From NCBI GenBank assembly GCA_030248215.1, contig JASANG010003525.1, positions 1 to 64,000 of the forward strand: a stretch of 64,000 nt of DNA, in the 5' to 3' direction. Made by a program: the position numbers and the translations under genes. Below are positions 11,961 to 23,740 of this stretch, in pieces. The notes beneath the pieces were generated by a model. That model was not told where the DNA came from. It worked only from the letters and a program-made list of their open reading frames with translations, and ran no database searches. This stretch comes from Enoplolaimus lenunculus (Eukaryota). The first letter of the stretch is position 1; each line of letters opens with the position of its first letter.

Positions 11961-14703
11961 AGTAGTTGTTGTTGTCGTTGTTGTTGTGGTAGTGGTTGTA
12001 GTTGTTGTCGTTGTAGTTGTAGCTGGAGTAGTAGTCGTAACTCCGGCTGCAGCAGTAGTTGTTACTGGTACTGGTGTAGATGTAGTCGATGTTTCTGAAA
12101 AACAAAATTGAAAAATTGTGTACAATACGTATCGTGGGCGTTCCAGCTTTAATTTTGAAAATATTACTGACGATTAAATAAAATCACAAACTATTAAAAC
12201 AATGCCAAACGATACATTTGAGCTTATCTGAAATGACACAAATAAATACAGAAAGAGTGTTTTATGTAATGTGGGCGTTCCAGCTTTAATTTTGAAAATA
12301 TTACTGACGATTAAATAAAATCACAAACTATTAAAACAATGCCAAACGATACATTTGAGCTTATCTGAAATGACACAAATAAATACAGAAAGAGTGTTTT
12401 ATGTAATGTGGGCGTTCCAGCTTTAATTTTGAAAATATTACTGACGATTAAATAAAATCACAAACTATTAAAACAATGCCAAACGATACATTTGAGCTTA
12501 TCTGAAATGACACAAATAAATACAAAAAGAGTGTTTTATGAAATGTGGGCGTTACAGCTAAAATAAAAAAAATAATACTGACGATTAAATAAAATCACAA
12601 ACTATTAAAACAATGCCAAACGATACATTTGAGCTTATCTGAAATGACACAAATAAATACAGAAAGAGTGTTTTATGTAATGTGGGCGTTCCAGCTTTAA
12701 TTTTGAAAATATTACTGACGATTAAATAAAATCACAAACTATTAAAACAATGCCAAACGATACATTTGAGCTTATCTGAAATGACACAAATAAATACAGA
12801 AAGAGTGTTTTATGTAATGTGGGCGTTCCAGCTTTAATTTTGAAAATATTACTGACGATTAAATAAAATCACAAACTATTAAAACAATGCCAAACGATAC
12901 ATTTGAGCTTATCTGAAATGACACAAATAAATACAGAAAGAGTGTTTTATGTAATGTGGGCGTTCCAGCTTTAATTTTGAAAATATTACTGACGATTAAA
13001 TAAAATCACAAACTATTAAAACAATGCCAAACGATACATTTGAGCTTATCTGAAATGACACAAATAAATACAGAAAGAGTGTTTTATGTAATGTGGGCGT
13101 TCCAGCTTTAATTTTGAAAATATTACTGACGATTAAATAAAATCACAAACTATTAAAACAATGCCAAACGATAAATTTGAGCTTATCTGAAATGACACAA
13201 ATAAATACAGAAAGAGTGTTTTATGTAATGTGGGCGTTCCAGCTTTAATTTTGAAAATATTACTGACGATTAAATAAAATCACAAACTATTAAAACAATG
13301 CCAAACGATACATTTGAGCTTATCTGAAATGACACAAATAAATACAGAAAGAGTGTTTTATGTAATGTGGGCGTTCCAGCTTTAATTTTGAAAATATTAC
13401 TGACGATTAAATAAAATCACAAACTATTAAAACAATGCCAAACGATACATTTGAGCTTATCTGAAATGACACAAATAAATACAGAAAGAGTGTTTTATGT
13501 AATGTGGGCGTTCCAGCTTTAATATGAAACTTTAACATTTTGAAAACAAACCATTTACAATCCCAGATGAGACCGAGGCATTCGCAAAATATCCTCCCAA
13601 ATTTTGTTTTAAGATACATGCGCCACCGTAAATATTGCCATCCCACGTCCAACCAGTACAACCGATGACTTGACTACAAATGTAACAGCATAGAAATAGA
13701 AAATATTCATGTGAGAAAGGGTTAATACGAAACTTTAAAATTTTCAAAACAAACCATTTACAATCCCAGATGAGACCGAGGCATTCGCAAAATATCCTCC
13801 CAAATTTTGTTTTAAGATACATGCGCCACCATAAATATTGCCATCCCACGTCCAACCAGTACAACCAATGACTTGACTACAAATGTAACAGCAACTTGTC
13901 TTCGCTTGCGTTGATGACGCAAAAATTACCGTGCCGACTAAATCTTGACCATCCCATAAACTGCAGGCTAAAAAATCAGTCACGAAAAATTAAATCCTAT
14001 TCACATTCGTTCAAGTTTTCGTTCAAAAATAATGTTAAATGAGTAGCATTTGCAGCCTGCAGTAGCGGCCCGTTGCCAGATGGAGGCCAGCGGGGATTCA
14101 GCCCCCCCTGGCAGAATTTTGGTACCCGTTGATAATTTTCAACCTTGTTTGTAAGTCATCCGAAACACTTGTATGCCCCTCCTGAAAAATATTGTTTCCC
14201 TCAACGTGATCTGTTACCGAGTCCGTGTTGAGGTATGTTCGCGCTGCAAAAACTTGCTTAAGGCGATGATCAAACAAAGAAGGCATAAATAGCAGTACCG
14301 CAAATGCCTGTGAATATTTTTCAATCCGCTGATATTCTCAAATAATTTTATGACACTTTTATAAAAACACAGAAACGTCTGAAGCCTGATCAGCGAGAAG
14401 TTCTTGGAAAAATGTCACTGCTGGCACCCATTTCAATTACATTTAGTGTTCTTTGAATAAACTTAAATTATTAATTTAATATTTTTTGTTTTAAAATTTT
14501 AATTTCAGTCCTGTGACGTAGAATTGGCAATTTCATATTCCACACGAGCGATTGGGATAAATATATACAGGAACAGATGTTAAAAAATTCTTTTTATAAT
14601 TCTGCAGGCAAAATATGTACAGGTCAATCTTACTTTGACTGGCAACCAAGTCGAGGTCACAAGTTGAATATACTATAACGATAAGTATAAATTTAAGCAA
14701 CAT
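9834..14703 (-). CDS. Surface protein: signal peptide + PAN/Apple domain + Thr-rich mucin stalk + C-terminal hydrophobic (TM or GPI-signal) segment, ~216 aa
   Basis: Exons: 14703-14634 (MLLKFILIVIVYSTCDLDLVASQ); 13967-13755 (TCSLWDGQDLVG..CCYICSQVIGCTGWTWDG..ACILK..VSSGIVN); 12094-11858 (ETSTTSTPVPV..poly-T..SMSKD); 9964-9834 (ECQKHHVKVNGHCWHPMAFPLIALLIFFTVTAFIPIIWAIATG-TAA). All three junctions are GT-AG and phase 1. The last exon could instead splice at 9838. Confidence 0.8.
10112..10552. repeat. Tandem repeat, 110-bp unit x4 (intronic)
   Basis: TACTTCAATAGAAACGAAAA starts at 10112, 10222, 10332 and 10442. Confidence 0.95.
10554..10826 (-). repeat. Dispersed repeat, inverted relative of ~4235-4525
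   Basis: AATGGCTGGACAGACTAACTAAACTA matches the reverse complement of TAGTTTAGTTAGCCTGTCCAGCCATT; similarity continues ~270 bp. Confidence 0.7.
11042..11261. mobile_element. Palindromic MITE family C (CACTG ends, 2-bp TSD; CACTA/EnSpm-like)
   Basis: CACTGCAAAAAATGGTGAGTCAAATTGACTC ... GAGTCAATTTGACTCACCATTTTTTGCAGTG, AA flanks; internal GAGTC-n-GACTC palindromes; second copy at 61790-62008. Confidence 0.85.
12134..13523. repeat. Tandem array, 137-bp unit x10, nearly identical (intron of the PAN gene)
   Basis: GTGGGCGTT recurs at 12134, 12271, 12408 ... 13504 with an exact 137-bp period. Confidence 0.97.
13525..13690 (-). pseudogene. Partial duplicate of the 3' part of the PAN exon plus its donor site
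   Basis: 13525-13690 is nearly identical to 13728-13893 (203-bp offset). It lacks the acceptor and is joined to a piggyBac-MITE terminus at 13691-13725. Confidence 0.85.
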
Positions 14704-14762
14704 TGTATTTACAATATATATATAAACGTACAGTTTATTCTGATGTAATAATCAGCCTCTTA

Positions 14763-15214
14763 CTGTAATGACCCGAATAAGATGGTGTTGGGTAATAACA
14801 GTGGGGTTCCCATTTTGAGTCCCAATCAATAGGATTTCGTATCCCTAATAAGAGTCCGCAAGCGGATACAGTCCCTAAATCCTAATTAGAGTCCATGAAG
14901 CTCAGTTATCCTTAATTGTAGCGCAAAAATGACTCCAGGACCAAGTAAATTGAATACGAAACCTTAAAGCGTACTTAAATTTTGAAAGTACATTCCTATT
15001 AAGTACAACCTTGCATTATCAGTCAAGCTATTGACACAAGACAAAAATATACGTTTAATTCAACGGACAGTTGTAGTATCGGATATATATCAGTAACGAA
15101 GGGTGGCGGAGCGTAAGTTAAAAGTAAATAACAGTCCGTAACCGAATAACAAGTGGGGTACCCTCTGGAGAGGCCAAATAAATATCAGCCCCCCTCTTAT
15201 TCGGATCACTACAG
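14763..15214 (+). mobile_element. MITE family A copy
   Basis: TA-CTGTAATGACCCGAATAAGA ... CTCTTATTCGGATCACTACAG-TA. Confidence 0.85.
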
Positions 15215-17160
15215 TAACGCGGCAATAGAGACGGGGTAAAACAAAACCAAGTTCTTTAAAATATTCGGTGGTACATTGGCACGAAACAATGTGTCAAACT
15301 TTGAACTTCAAAAGAAGCAATTAACCAGAAATTCCACGATTCGTAAAATCAATTAAGCAATAGCATGCAATCAGAATTAAAGTTAAATAGACCATACCTA
15401 ATTGACGGCGCTGTGACGCTTTTTAAAACGAAACAGGCATCATTTAACTAAATTTCGTACGGGGGTTCCTGTAACCTATGGATTTACGCCGAACCGATCA
15501 GTTTTGGTTTTGACATTAATAAAATCAGAATGAACATGCTACAAGTAAAATGTTTTAGGTTTTGCGGCACACGCAATTTCAGCTTTGTCTCTTTATCGTA
15601 TTGGTTCTGTCAAACTGGTTGTGCGACTTTTTGAAACCATAAATTTAAGTGAGGCCAGTCGCCGCCACAAGGAACCAGCGAGTTTGTCGAGAAAAATTTC
15701 ATTTTTCGTCCCCAGAAAACTTTTAGCCACACTTGCAAGTTATACAAAAGCTTCTATTTATGTTACTCCAATATTTTTGGGGCCCACGTTTGCCTGTTGG
15801 GCTGCCTACAGGCTTTAACTTAGTTAAAAGGAAACGTCCTGTAGACAATTTACACTTGTAGACATTAGCCCTGTAGCCTGTGACTCAAAAGTCCACCGCT
15901 CTATCAACTCGGCCATACGCTATCCTGGTACATCGTTAATATCAAATGACTTTTTATGCGCATATAATACACCGTTATATTGAATGCAGTGAGTATACAC
16001 AAATTCCTTTGAAGAAATTTTATTCACTAAAAGATCAAAAATAGGTTTGGTCCAAACAAGGTGGACCAAGGCAAATTATTCTGGGTGACTACGTTTCAAC
16101 CGTGTGTTTAAAAATATTCTATTTTTAGTGAAATTACTGGCATTATTTTAAAAAGGTGGATCTCAACTTTTAAGAAACAAAAATGACTGTTTAAATAGTG
16201 TTGAATTATAAACTTGATTGCAAAATTACTACCCCGACACATAAACTGCTAACAATAGAGACGGCCTCCGGGCCGTGTAAAAAAATCGACTTTTGAACAG
16301 TTTTACCATTAGTGACTTCGGATTAGGCTTGCGTTTAGGAAAAGGTTGTGTTCACGCTAAACTCTTGCCATGACCTCTTCAAGATTGTGCGCGCAACGTT
16401 ATTCCGTGGATCTACAATAGAGTACAGGCTCAGGCTTTAGACATTTTTTCCTAGGCTTAGGCTTAGGTATATGTTTTTACTAGTATTCCGTCCTTGTTCT
16501 ATACATTGGGCCTAAGCAAAAGCCTTCTTATAAAATAACTTAATTTTACTTAATTAAGATGAAAAGTGCGTAAGAGCACTAACCTCTGTAAAAATTCCTC
16601 GTTGCAAAAAATAAACTATTAATTTTGTATATTTATCGTTGGGTCCACTGTATAATTCCATATAGCTAAAATTGGCTAAAACCACAATATTCATGGCCGT
16701 AATGTATTTATCTCAAGTTTTTCGAGCCAAAAAATCTAATTTAGATTTATGTCACCTTACAAGATATAACTTTTTGGGAATCGAAATGTTTTAAACATAT
16801 AAGTACCGCATTTCGTTATCAATCCTAAACAGTTTGAGCAAGCTTTACATATATTTCGCCCTTGGTTCGGAAGGTATTCAATGTGTGGTATTAAGGTAGA
16901 AACGTGCAGTAAAAGTAACGAAAACGGATAGTGATCAAAATAAGCCGGAAAAGAATAAAATTAATTATAAGGATAAAAGTTTTAAATATGTTCCATTTTT
17001 CTACTAAAAACTTTGAGCTGTGCAAATATTCACCCGGCTGAGTTAACTCTTTTTATGGAAGACACCTAAATCACAAAAATTAATTTAATTATTTCTGCAT
17101 CAAATACAATAATTTCAGAATATTTGCACTAAAGACACAGGATTTTTCAGTAAGTACAAC

Positions 17161-17469
17161 CAAGAGTGGATGATCACTCTTTATAACAAGAGTGTGCAAC
17201 TGGGTACACTCTGTGTATTAAAGAATGTACCCGACACGCGTTGCGGTTTTGGCCTACCCCCTTGTTTAGGGGGGTATGTAATGCTAATAGCAAATTGTAA
17301 CCCCCCTTGCTTAAGGGGGGGTAGGTGTACTGAAGCATACTTTATTGTTAATCTCTTGCTTAACCCCCCCCCATTGAGGGGGGTCGAACAAAAATGCAAC
17401 GCGTGCTGGTACATTTAGTACCATGCACAGGTCAGGCATATGCACACTCGTGGACATCATCCACTCTTG
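17161..17469 (+). mobile_element. MITE family D (CAAGAGTGGAT TIR, 7-bp TSD GTACAAC; P-superfamily-like)
   Basis: GTACAAC at 17154-17160 and 17470-17476; TIR CAAGAGTGGATGA/TCATCCACTCTTG; internal C-run/G-run hairpins. Confidence 0.85.
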
Positions 17470-18923
17470 GTACAACTAAAGCAGAAAGATTACGGAATTT
17501 CGGGTAACCGTTTCCGTTATTTTTACGATCTGCTTATACGACAAAATCATGTGTCGTTTATACGCTCTTAGCTACAATGATTTTCTACAGACAAGAGGAA
17601 TGTTTTGATTTATTGCTAATCAATCGGCAATCAATCTAGCTTTAACGTCAATAGGTGTAATGTGCAATTTTAGCCGGTGTTACATTTTTTATTTTAATGG
17701 TTTGTGTTGAAAGTTGCGAATAAAGAGTTTTGTAAAGTAAATTGAGCGAGTAACGTCAATGCAATATAAAGCAAAAAATAAGAGCTTAAAGCGGCTAACG
17801 GTACAGAAATTTTGCGCAAAATTTACGCGAGTAAAGCGCAGAGCGGCTAAAAAATCATTACCCACTTAAATCTCTGATCACGACCAGCGGTTTTACGAAA
17901 TATTCATTAATTATTGCCTTATCTTAGCGAAATTACTACTTAATCTTAATTGAGTACTTGTTGTGTATATACAATTTACTAATATTACCTGGCTCTTAGT
18001 GAACTTTGAAATCAATCCAACCTTCAGACAAAGTCGTTCACCACAACAAATAACGCAACAGACTGGCTGTTTGGTTTATTCAAAACTCAACCAAAGCAGG
18101 ACACAAATATATTTCAAAGCCTTAGAACACAAGTTTTTGTTTATACTCAAAGAAGTCAATAGCAGATTTGAGCGTTTTAAATGCTATATACCGGAGCAAT
18201 TGTTTTTCTTTAATCTTGTTACTAAGCGATAAATTTAAAAGTTTTAAGCTAACGAGGTGGTGGCTTGATTTATGCTTATATTGAATGTTTTCGTTTCGTA
18301 GGCCGTGCCCGTGAATGCTGCAGATAGAGTCAGGTAATGACAGAACTCGTGTAAACATTTTTCAAGCACCAATATCAAACTTTTCCTAAATGATGAGTTT
18401 GCATGTATCTATATTTATCTATGTATATACATATATATAAATATATAAGCATATATATAAATATATATTATATATAATATATAATATATAATATATATTC
18501 AATTTTAAGGTTTGGAATTTGAATGAATATTAGAATGGAAGTATATACAGGATACCAAATACAACGCACCGATAATGAACAGTGGTAAGAGCCAGGGGCT
18601 TATCCAACGTGGGACAGCCTGAAAATTCCTATGCACTTCCAAAGAAATTCCTAGGGGGATAATGGAGTAAAAACATGCACTTTAACAAACTAATTGAAAT
18701 AATATGTGTCAAATGTTGAGAACATTTTCTCGCTGGCTCGGAAAAATCTGCTTAAATACTTTGTAGCCTTTCGAAACTTCTTGCTTTACACCAGTTGTAA
18801 AACAATCATTTTGATAAGACGTGCTTAATATCCGAAAAAGATAAGTAACCGCGTCAATTGGCAAAAGCTTTAAAATTTCTAAACCGAAGTCTGGTACAAA
18901 ACCGGTTTGCTTTCGGTTTAATT

Positions 18924-19095
18924 GGCAATGAAATAGAACAGAGCCGCAACAGTAGCATAAGCATATTTCTAAGCCTAAGCCTAAGCGTAAGGATGAGCTT
19001 ATACCTAAGCCTTAAGCAAAAAATAGTCTAAAGCTTGAGCTTACTCTATTGCAATTCCGCAGGAAAACGTTCCGGCCCTGTTCTATACATGGACC
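18924..19095 (-). mobile_element. MITE family B copy
   Basis: GGCAATGAAATAGAACAG ... CTAAGC repeats ... CCCTGTTCTATACATGGACC. Confidence 0.7.
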
Positions 19096-22000
19096 AAGTG
19101 GAGAATGTTAATTTTTATTACGACGAACAGAAACATTCCTGCCACTACTATTTGGCTAGAAAACACACTTTGAGATTCAAAATAATCATAGTTATTCTAG
19201 AAACATTAAGCACGGCAGGTCTGGGTTAAGATGTAAATCTGCTGTCTGCAGGAACGGCGTGCGTTGGGCTAGTCAAGCCCCTCAAACAGGTCCGAGGGGA
19301 GGCGCCTATAACTGTTTTACAGCTCTATAACTTCGTGGTTGGCGAAAAAATTTCAGTTTGTCAAGGTGGGCCTCCACGGGACGCCTCCAATTGGGAGGTT
19401 TGAGGGCGATTTCGCCGCCCCCCCTGGATTTGACACTGCAAACTGGTCACACCATTGCAGGATGTGATATCGAATTTAAACTTGAGGAAAAATATTTCAT
19501 CTCTTTTGCAAATTTCCTACTAAACTCCGCTTTATCAGGGCATTCTGTGCTATTTTTGAAGTGTATTCCGATATTTCGTCAGTTAAGAAAAGCAACTTCA
19601 TCAATTTATAAAATAGAATTCTTCAAATTTTACGACCACCAAATCGTAGCCTTTTCTGTAGCCGTTCGTACCACGATGACAACCACAAAATGACGTGACC
19701 GTTATTACAACTGACGTCATTTACGTTTCAGCTGCGAATTTGTCGCCACAGTTTTCAGTTACACAATTCTTTCATAATTGTCGTCTTTGATCAGGCTGTA
19801 AAACCAAAAAACCTGCTGCAAGAAAACCCACCTGTGATCGTCGCAATTTGTTGCTTTCGTTTATTCCAACTGTACTCTTGATTCTGGTTTCACTCGATAT
19901 TTGCTCCGTTCAACTCAAATCTTCTTTCAATCTGCTCTAAATTTCTCCGTCAACTTCTGCTCGGGTTTACCATATAATTATCCTGCTACATTTTTGATGT
20001 AATTCAGCTTGATTCTGATATACTCAACCCCCACGAACAATGCCGTCAATATCTTTCATGAAATCGTCTATGGAAGTTTATTTTCTGCAGTTGAACCCGA
20101 ATTAGTTGGTTATACACCATACGATTTTTGATCCCGATTTCATTTTCAAATTCATTTCCAGCATTTTCGCGTGAAATAACCCCCAGAATGTCGATATTTC
20201 CACCTTTTCAATGACTTGCAAGTAAATTTGAAAATTTTCTAGGGGGGCTAAAATTTTTCCAAATGAGGGGGCTGAGCCCACCCCCTGCTTCTCCCTTGGC
20301 TATAGGCCCGCTGCACCTTTATAAAAGGATCGTTTTATACCACCCAGACATCCTGGTGCCGAGCCGGGATGAGTGTGGATCTAGTCATGAACTCAACGAG
20401 AGTACATCGTTCGGTGTAAACTCGTATTTTAAATTCAACATGGACTCGGCCCACAATCATCCATAACTTGCACCATTTCAAAGTAATTTAAAACGTATCC
20501 CATAATTATCTTTAATTTTTATTTACAATTTTCATTCAATCAGTTTTTTTGTTTGACACATTATCTTTCAAAATACCGATTTAGTTGCTTTGTTAAAACG
20601 AATAGCTTCAGGTTAATAATTACAAATTAGTAAGTATTACATTTTAAGAAATTATTAATTTAATTGAAGCATCAACCTGAAATATGCTGCATTGACTTCA
20701 ACCCAAATCCAAACTTTAAACTGGAGAACAATATTTAGTAAAACTAGCATATGAATGCTACACTTAACATGCGTCAAATTGCAGCTGACCAAACTTGCAC
20801 ATGTGAACGCCAGGGTACAATCAGTGGTAAAACGTATGAAAGTCAGAATTTACCAAAAATTACAGGCGCAGTAGATGCAGCAAAATTGTGTACTGAAATA
20901 ATATAAAATTTGCTAATTTTAGCAATAATCAGTTAATCGTTGCGCAAAATTTGTCGTTGAGGTTATTTTTTTAAGAAATCTCGGCAATTAATGACGCCTT
21001 ATTACAAGGATCGTGGCTACACTGCGCCAGGCGTCCCGTGAGAAAGATGAGGTCCCTATAAGCCTGAATGGGCTCGACATTTTATATTGTGGCCCGATAC
21101 GCAGCCCTTTTCGTTCACCAGTACCACGTCCTTGTAAAAAATCGTTCAATCATAATTGTAAACTGAAGATTATTTGCATCCTGCCACAGAATTCGATGTT
21201 TAGACCGTCGAAGGTTTTGAATGAATTTTCGGACAGTAGGGATAAGAGATGAAAGTGGGACAGGCTGCGGCCACCCCAGGCATTAATATCGGTCAACGCC
21301 ACCACGTCCCACACCGCCCGTGCGGTACCACGCCCCACTTCCATCTCTAAGGCTGATGTGCCTGGTACGGTCTTTGCGTAGCTACGAGGCCCTGTTTAGC
21401 CTGAAAATTCAGACCATCGCGCCGAACAATTCAGAATGTATCATACGCCGCTTAAGTCGGTCAGCTTGTCTACCACAGCGTATCGGAGGAGCTACGGCTC
21501 GTACAGTTTGAACTAGACGCCGATGGGTTATCCAGTGGTAGCCTTGATTTTCGAGAAGGTACAACATGAAAACAAACATTTTGAACGAACCAAAGCAAAA
21601 TTTAACATCTGAGATGCCCTAAAAGTGAATCCACCCTCCTTATCACCAGAAGCTTCTGGTTCCGCTGCTGCTCAGAAGCCCACTCAATCCGCTGTTGAAC
21701 GAGTGCACGTCTGGTTCAATCTCCATACCAGCGAGTGACTCGATGACGCACATATTGCTGTCCTGAAAGTTCCGTTCATGCCTGCCAATAAAAACTGTAT
21801 TCATCAAAATTCGCTCCACTAAATACTATATTCGTAATTTACTCTATACAAGCAACAACCTTGAGTTTTAGCCATGTTATACTTACACACAAAGACGCTG
21901 AAAACCTCGCAAAATTTACTTTATTATATAAAACTTAACACATTTAAACACATGTATGCCGTAACTTCAAAAAAACCCAGCAATAAACTAAGCATATGAA

Positions 22001-22529
22001 ACCTATATTCCTTGCATTTCTCATCAACGGCATTGCCCGGATTATATTTCGAAAGTGGATAACTCTAAACCGCACCGTTTTGCTGGCGAGGGTAGCGAGA
22101 AAGTTTTTTGACCTCTTTTACTATCCAGCAGGTTATTCTAAAGCTTCTAACTGTGCTTACTTTCTCGTCCGGCTAAAAATTTCGGTGGAGTGCGCATTTC
22201 AGGTATCCCCCGTTGCCTATGAACTTGTGTGTATGAGCAAACGCAACACGCCTATACGATCGACTATACGCACTTTTAGTGCGTCAAGTGCATTGGTGCA
22301 AACTACAAACAATTTTGCAACTGCAAATTTTCGTCTTGCAGCGCACAGTAAAAATTATAAATATATTAGAAATACTCAAAATGTCTCGGCGATTTTATAT
22401 ACATGTACAAGTACTACAACAGCGCTAAACAAGAAGTTTGTCCTTGTAAAGCGACGTTGCGCTATAAATTTTAAACTGACAAGATGCCACACATACATAA
22501 CAACAAAACGTACAACAGCGCAACAATAA

Positions 22530-22557
22530 AAACAACAACAACAACAGCAACAACAGC

Positions 22558-22595
<38 letters not shown>

Positions 22596-22665
22596 CTGCA
22601 ACAACAACAACAACAACAGCAGCAGCAACAACAACAACAACAACAACAAGAACAACAGCAGCAGC

Positions 22666-22742
<77 letters not shown>

Positions 22743-22776
22743 GAACAACAACACAACAACAACAACAACAACAACA
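22530..22776. repeat. (CAA)n microsatellite with CAG interruptions
   Basis: Directly visible; produces the poly-T/C/L/Q ORFs in the track. Confidence 0.95.
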
Positions 22777-22936
22777 ATATTTGATTAAAACTACACACCA
22801 GAAATGGAACCGTTAGGCTTGGGCCAACCATGCTACCACTATTTCGCGTAACATCGTTGCGCAACAACTGCTACTTCAGGTGTGCATGTATATCTAAAAT
22901 CTGTTGCTGTGTTATCTTTACCGAATGTAAATACAA

Positions 22937-23740
22937 GCAACAACAACAACAACTACACAACCACCAACAACAACAATAAAACACCAAACAACAACACCAA
23001 CAACACACAACCACCACCAACAACAACTACACAACCACCACCACCAACAACAACTACACAACCAATAACACCAACAACAACTACACAACCACCACCACCA
23101 ACAACAACTACACAACCAATAACACCAACAACAACTACACAACCAATAACACCAACAACAACTACACAACCACCACCACCAACAACAACTACACAACCAA
23201 TAACACCAACAACAACTACACAACCAATAACACCAACAACAACTACACAACCACCACCACCAACAACAACTACACAACCACCACCACCAACAACAACTAC
23301 ACAACCAATAACACCAACAACAACTACACAACCACCACCACCAACAACAACTACACAACCAATAACACCAACAACAACTACACAACCAATAACACCAACA
23401 ACAACTACACAACCACCACCACCAACAACAACTACACAACCAATAACACCAACAACAACTACACAACCACCACCACCAACAGCAACACCACCAACTACAC
23501 AACCACCACCAACAACAACACCAACAACAACTACGCAACCACCACCACCAACTACACAACCACCACCACCAACAACACCAACAACAACTACAAAACCACC
23601 ACCAACAACTACACAACCGCCACCACCAACAACACCAACAACAACTACAAAACCACCACCAATAACAACACCAACACAAACTACATCACCACCAACAACA
23701 ACACCAACACAAACTACATCACCACCACCAACAACAACAT
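22937..23740 (+). repeat. C/A-rich minisatellite of 27-bp units in two variants; open frame reads Pro/Thr-rich (TTTTQPPPP / TTTTQPITP)
   Basis: Units ACAACAACTACACAACCACCACCACCA and ACAACAACTACACAACCAATAACACCA; ORF 22882-23742. Coding status unproven. Confidence 0.85.

Noticed and set aside
11869..12111. Poly-Val (+) and poly-Asn (-) ORFs
   Set aside because: Shadow frames of the Thr-rich exon, whose frame is fixed by splice phase.
13407..13460. Repeat unit as an alternative terminal exon ISSNVSFGIVLIVCDFI-stop
   Set aside because: Needs phase 0, but the upstream PAN exon ends in phase 1.
15870..15917. tRNA-Lys-like fragment on the minus strand
   Set aside because: Only D-arm and anticodon-like parts; no T-arm or B box.
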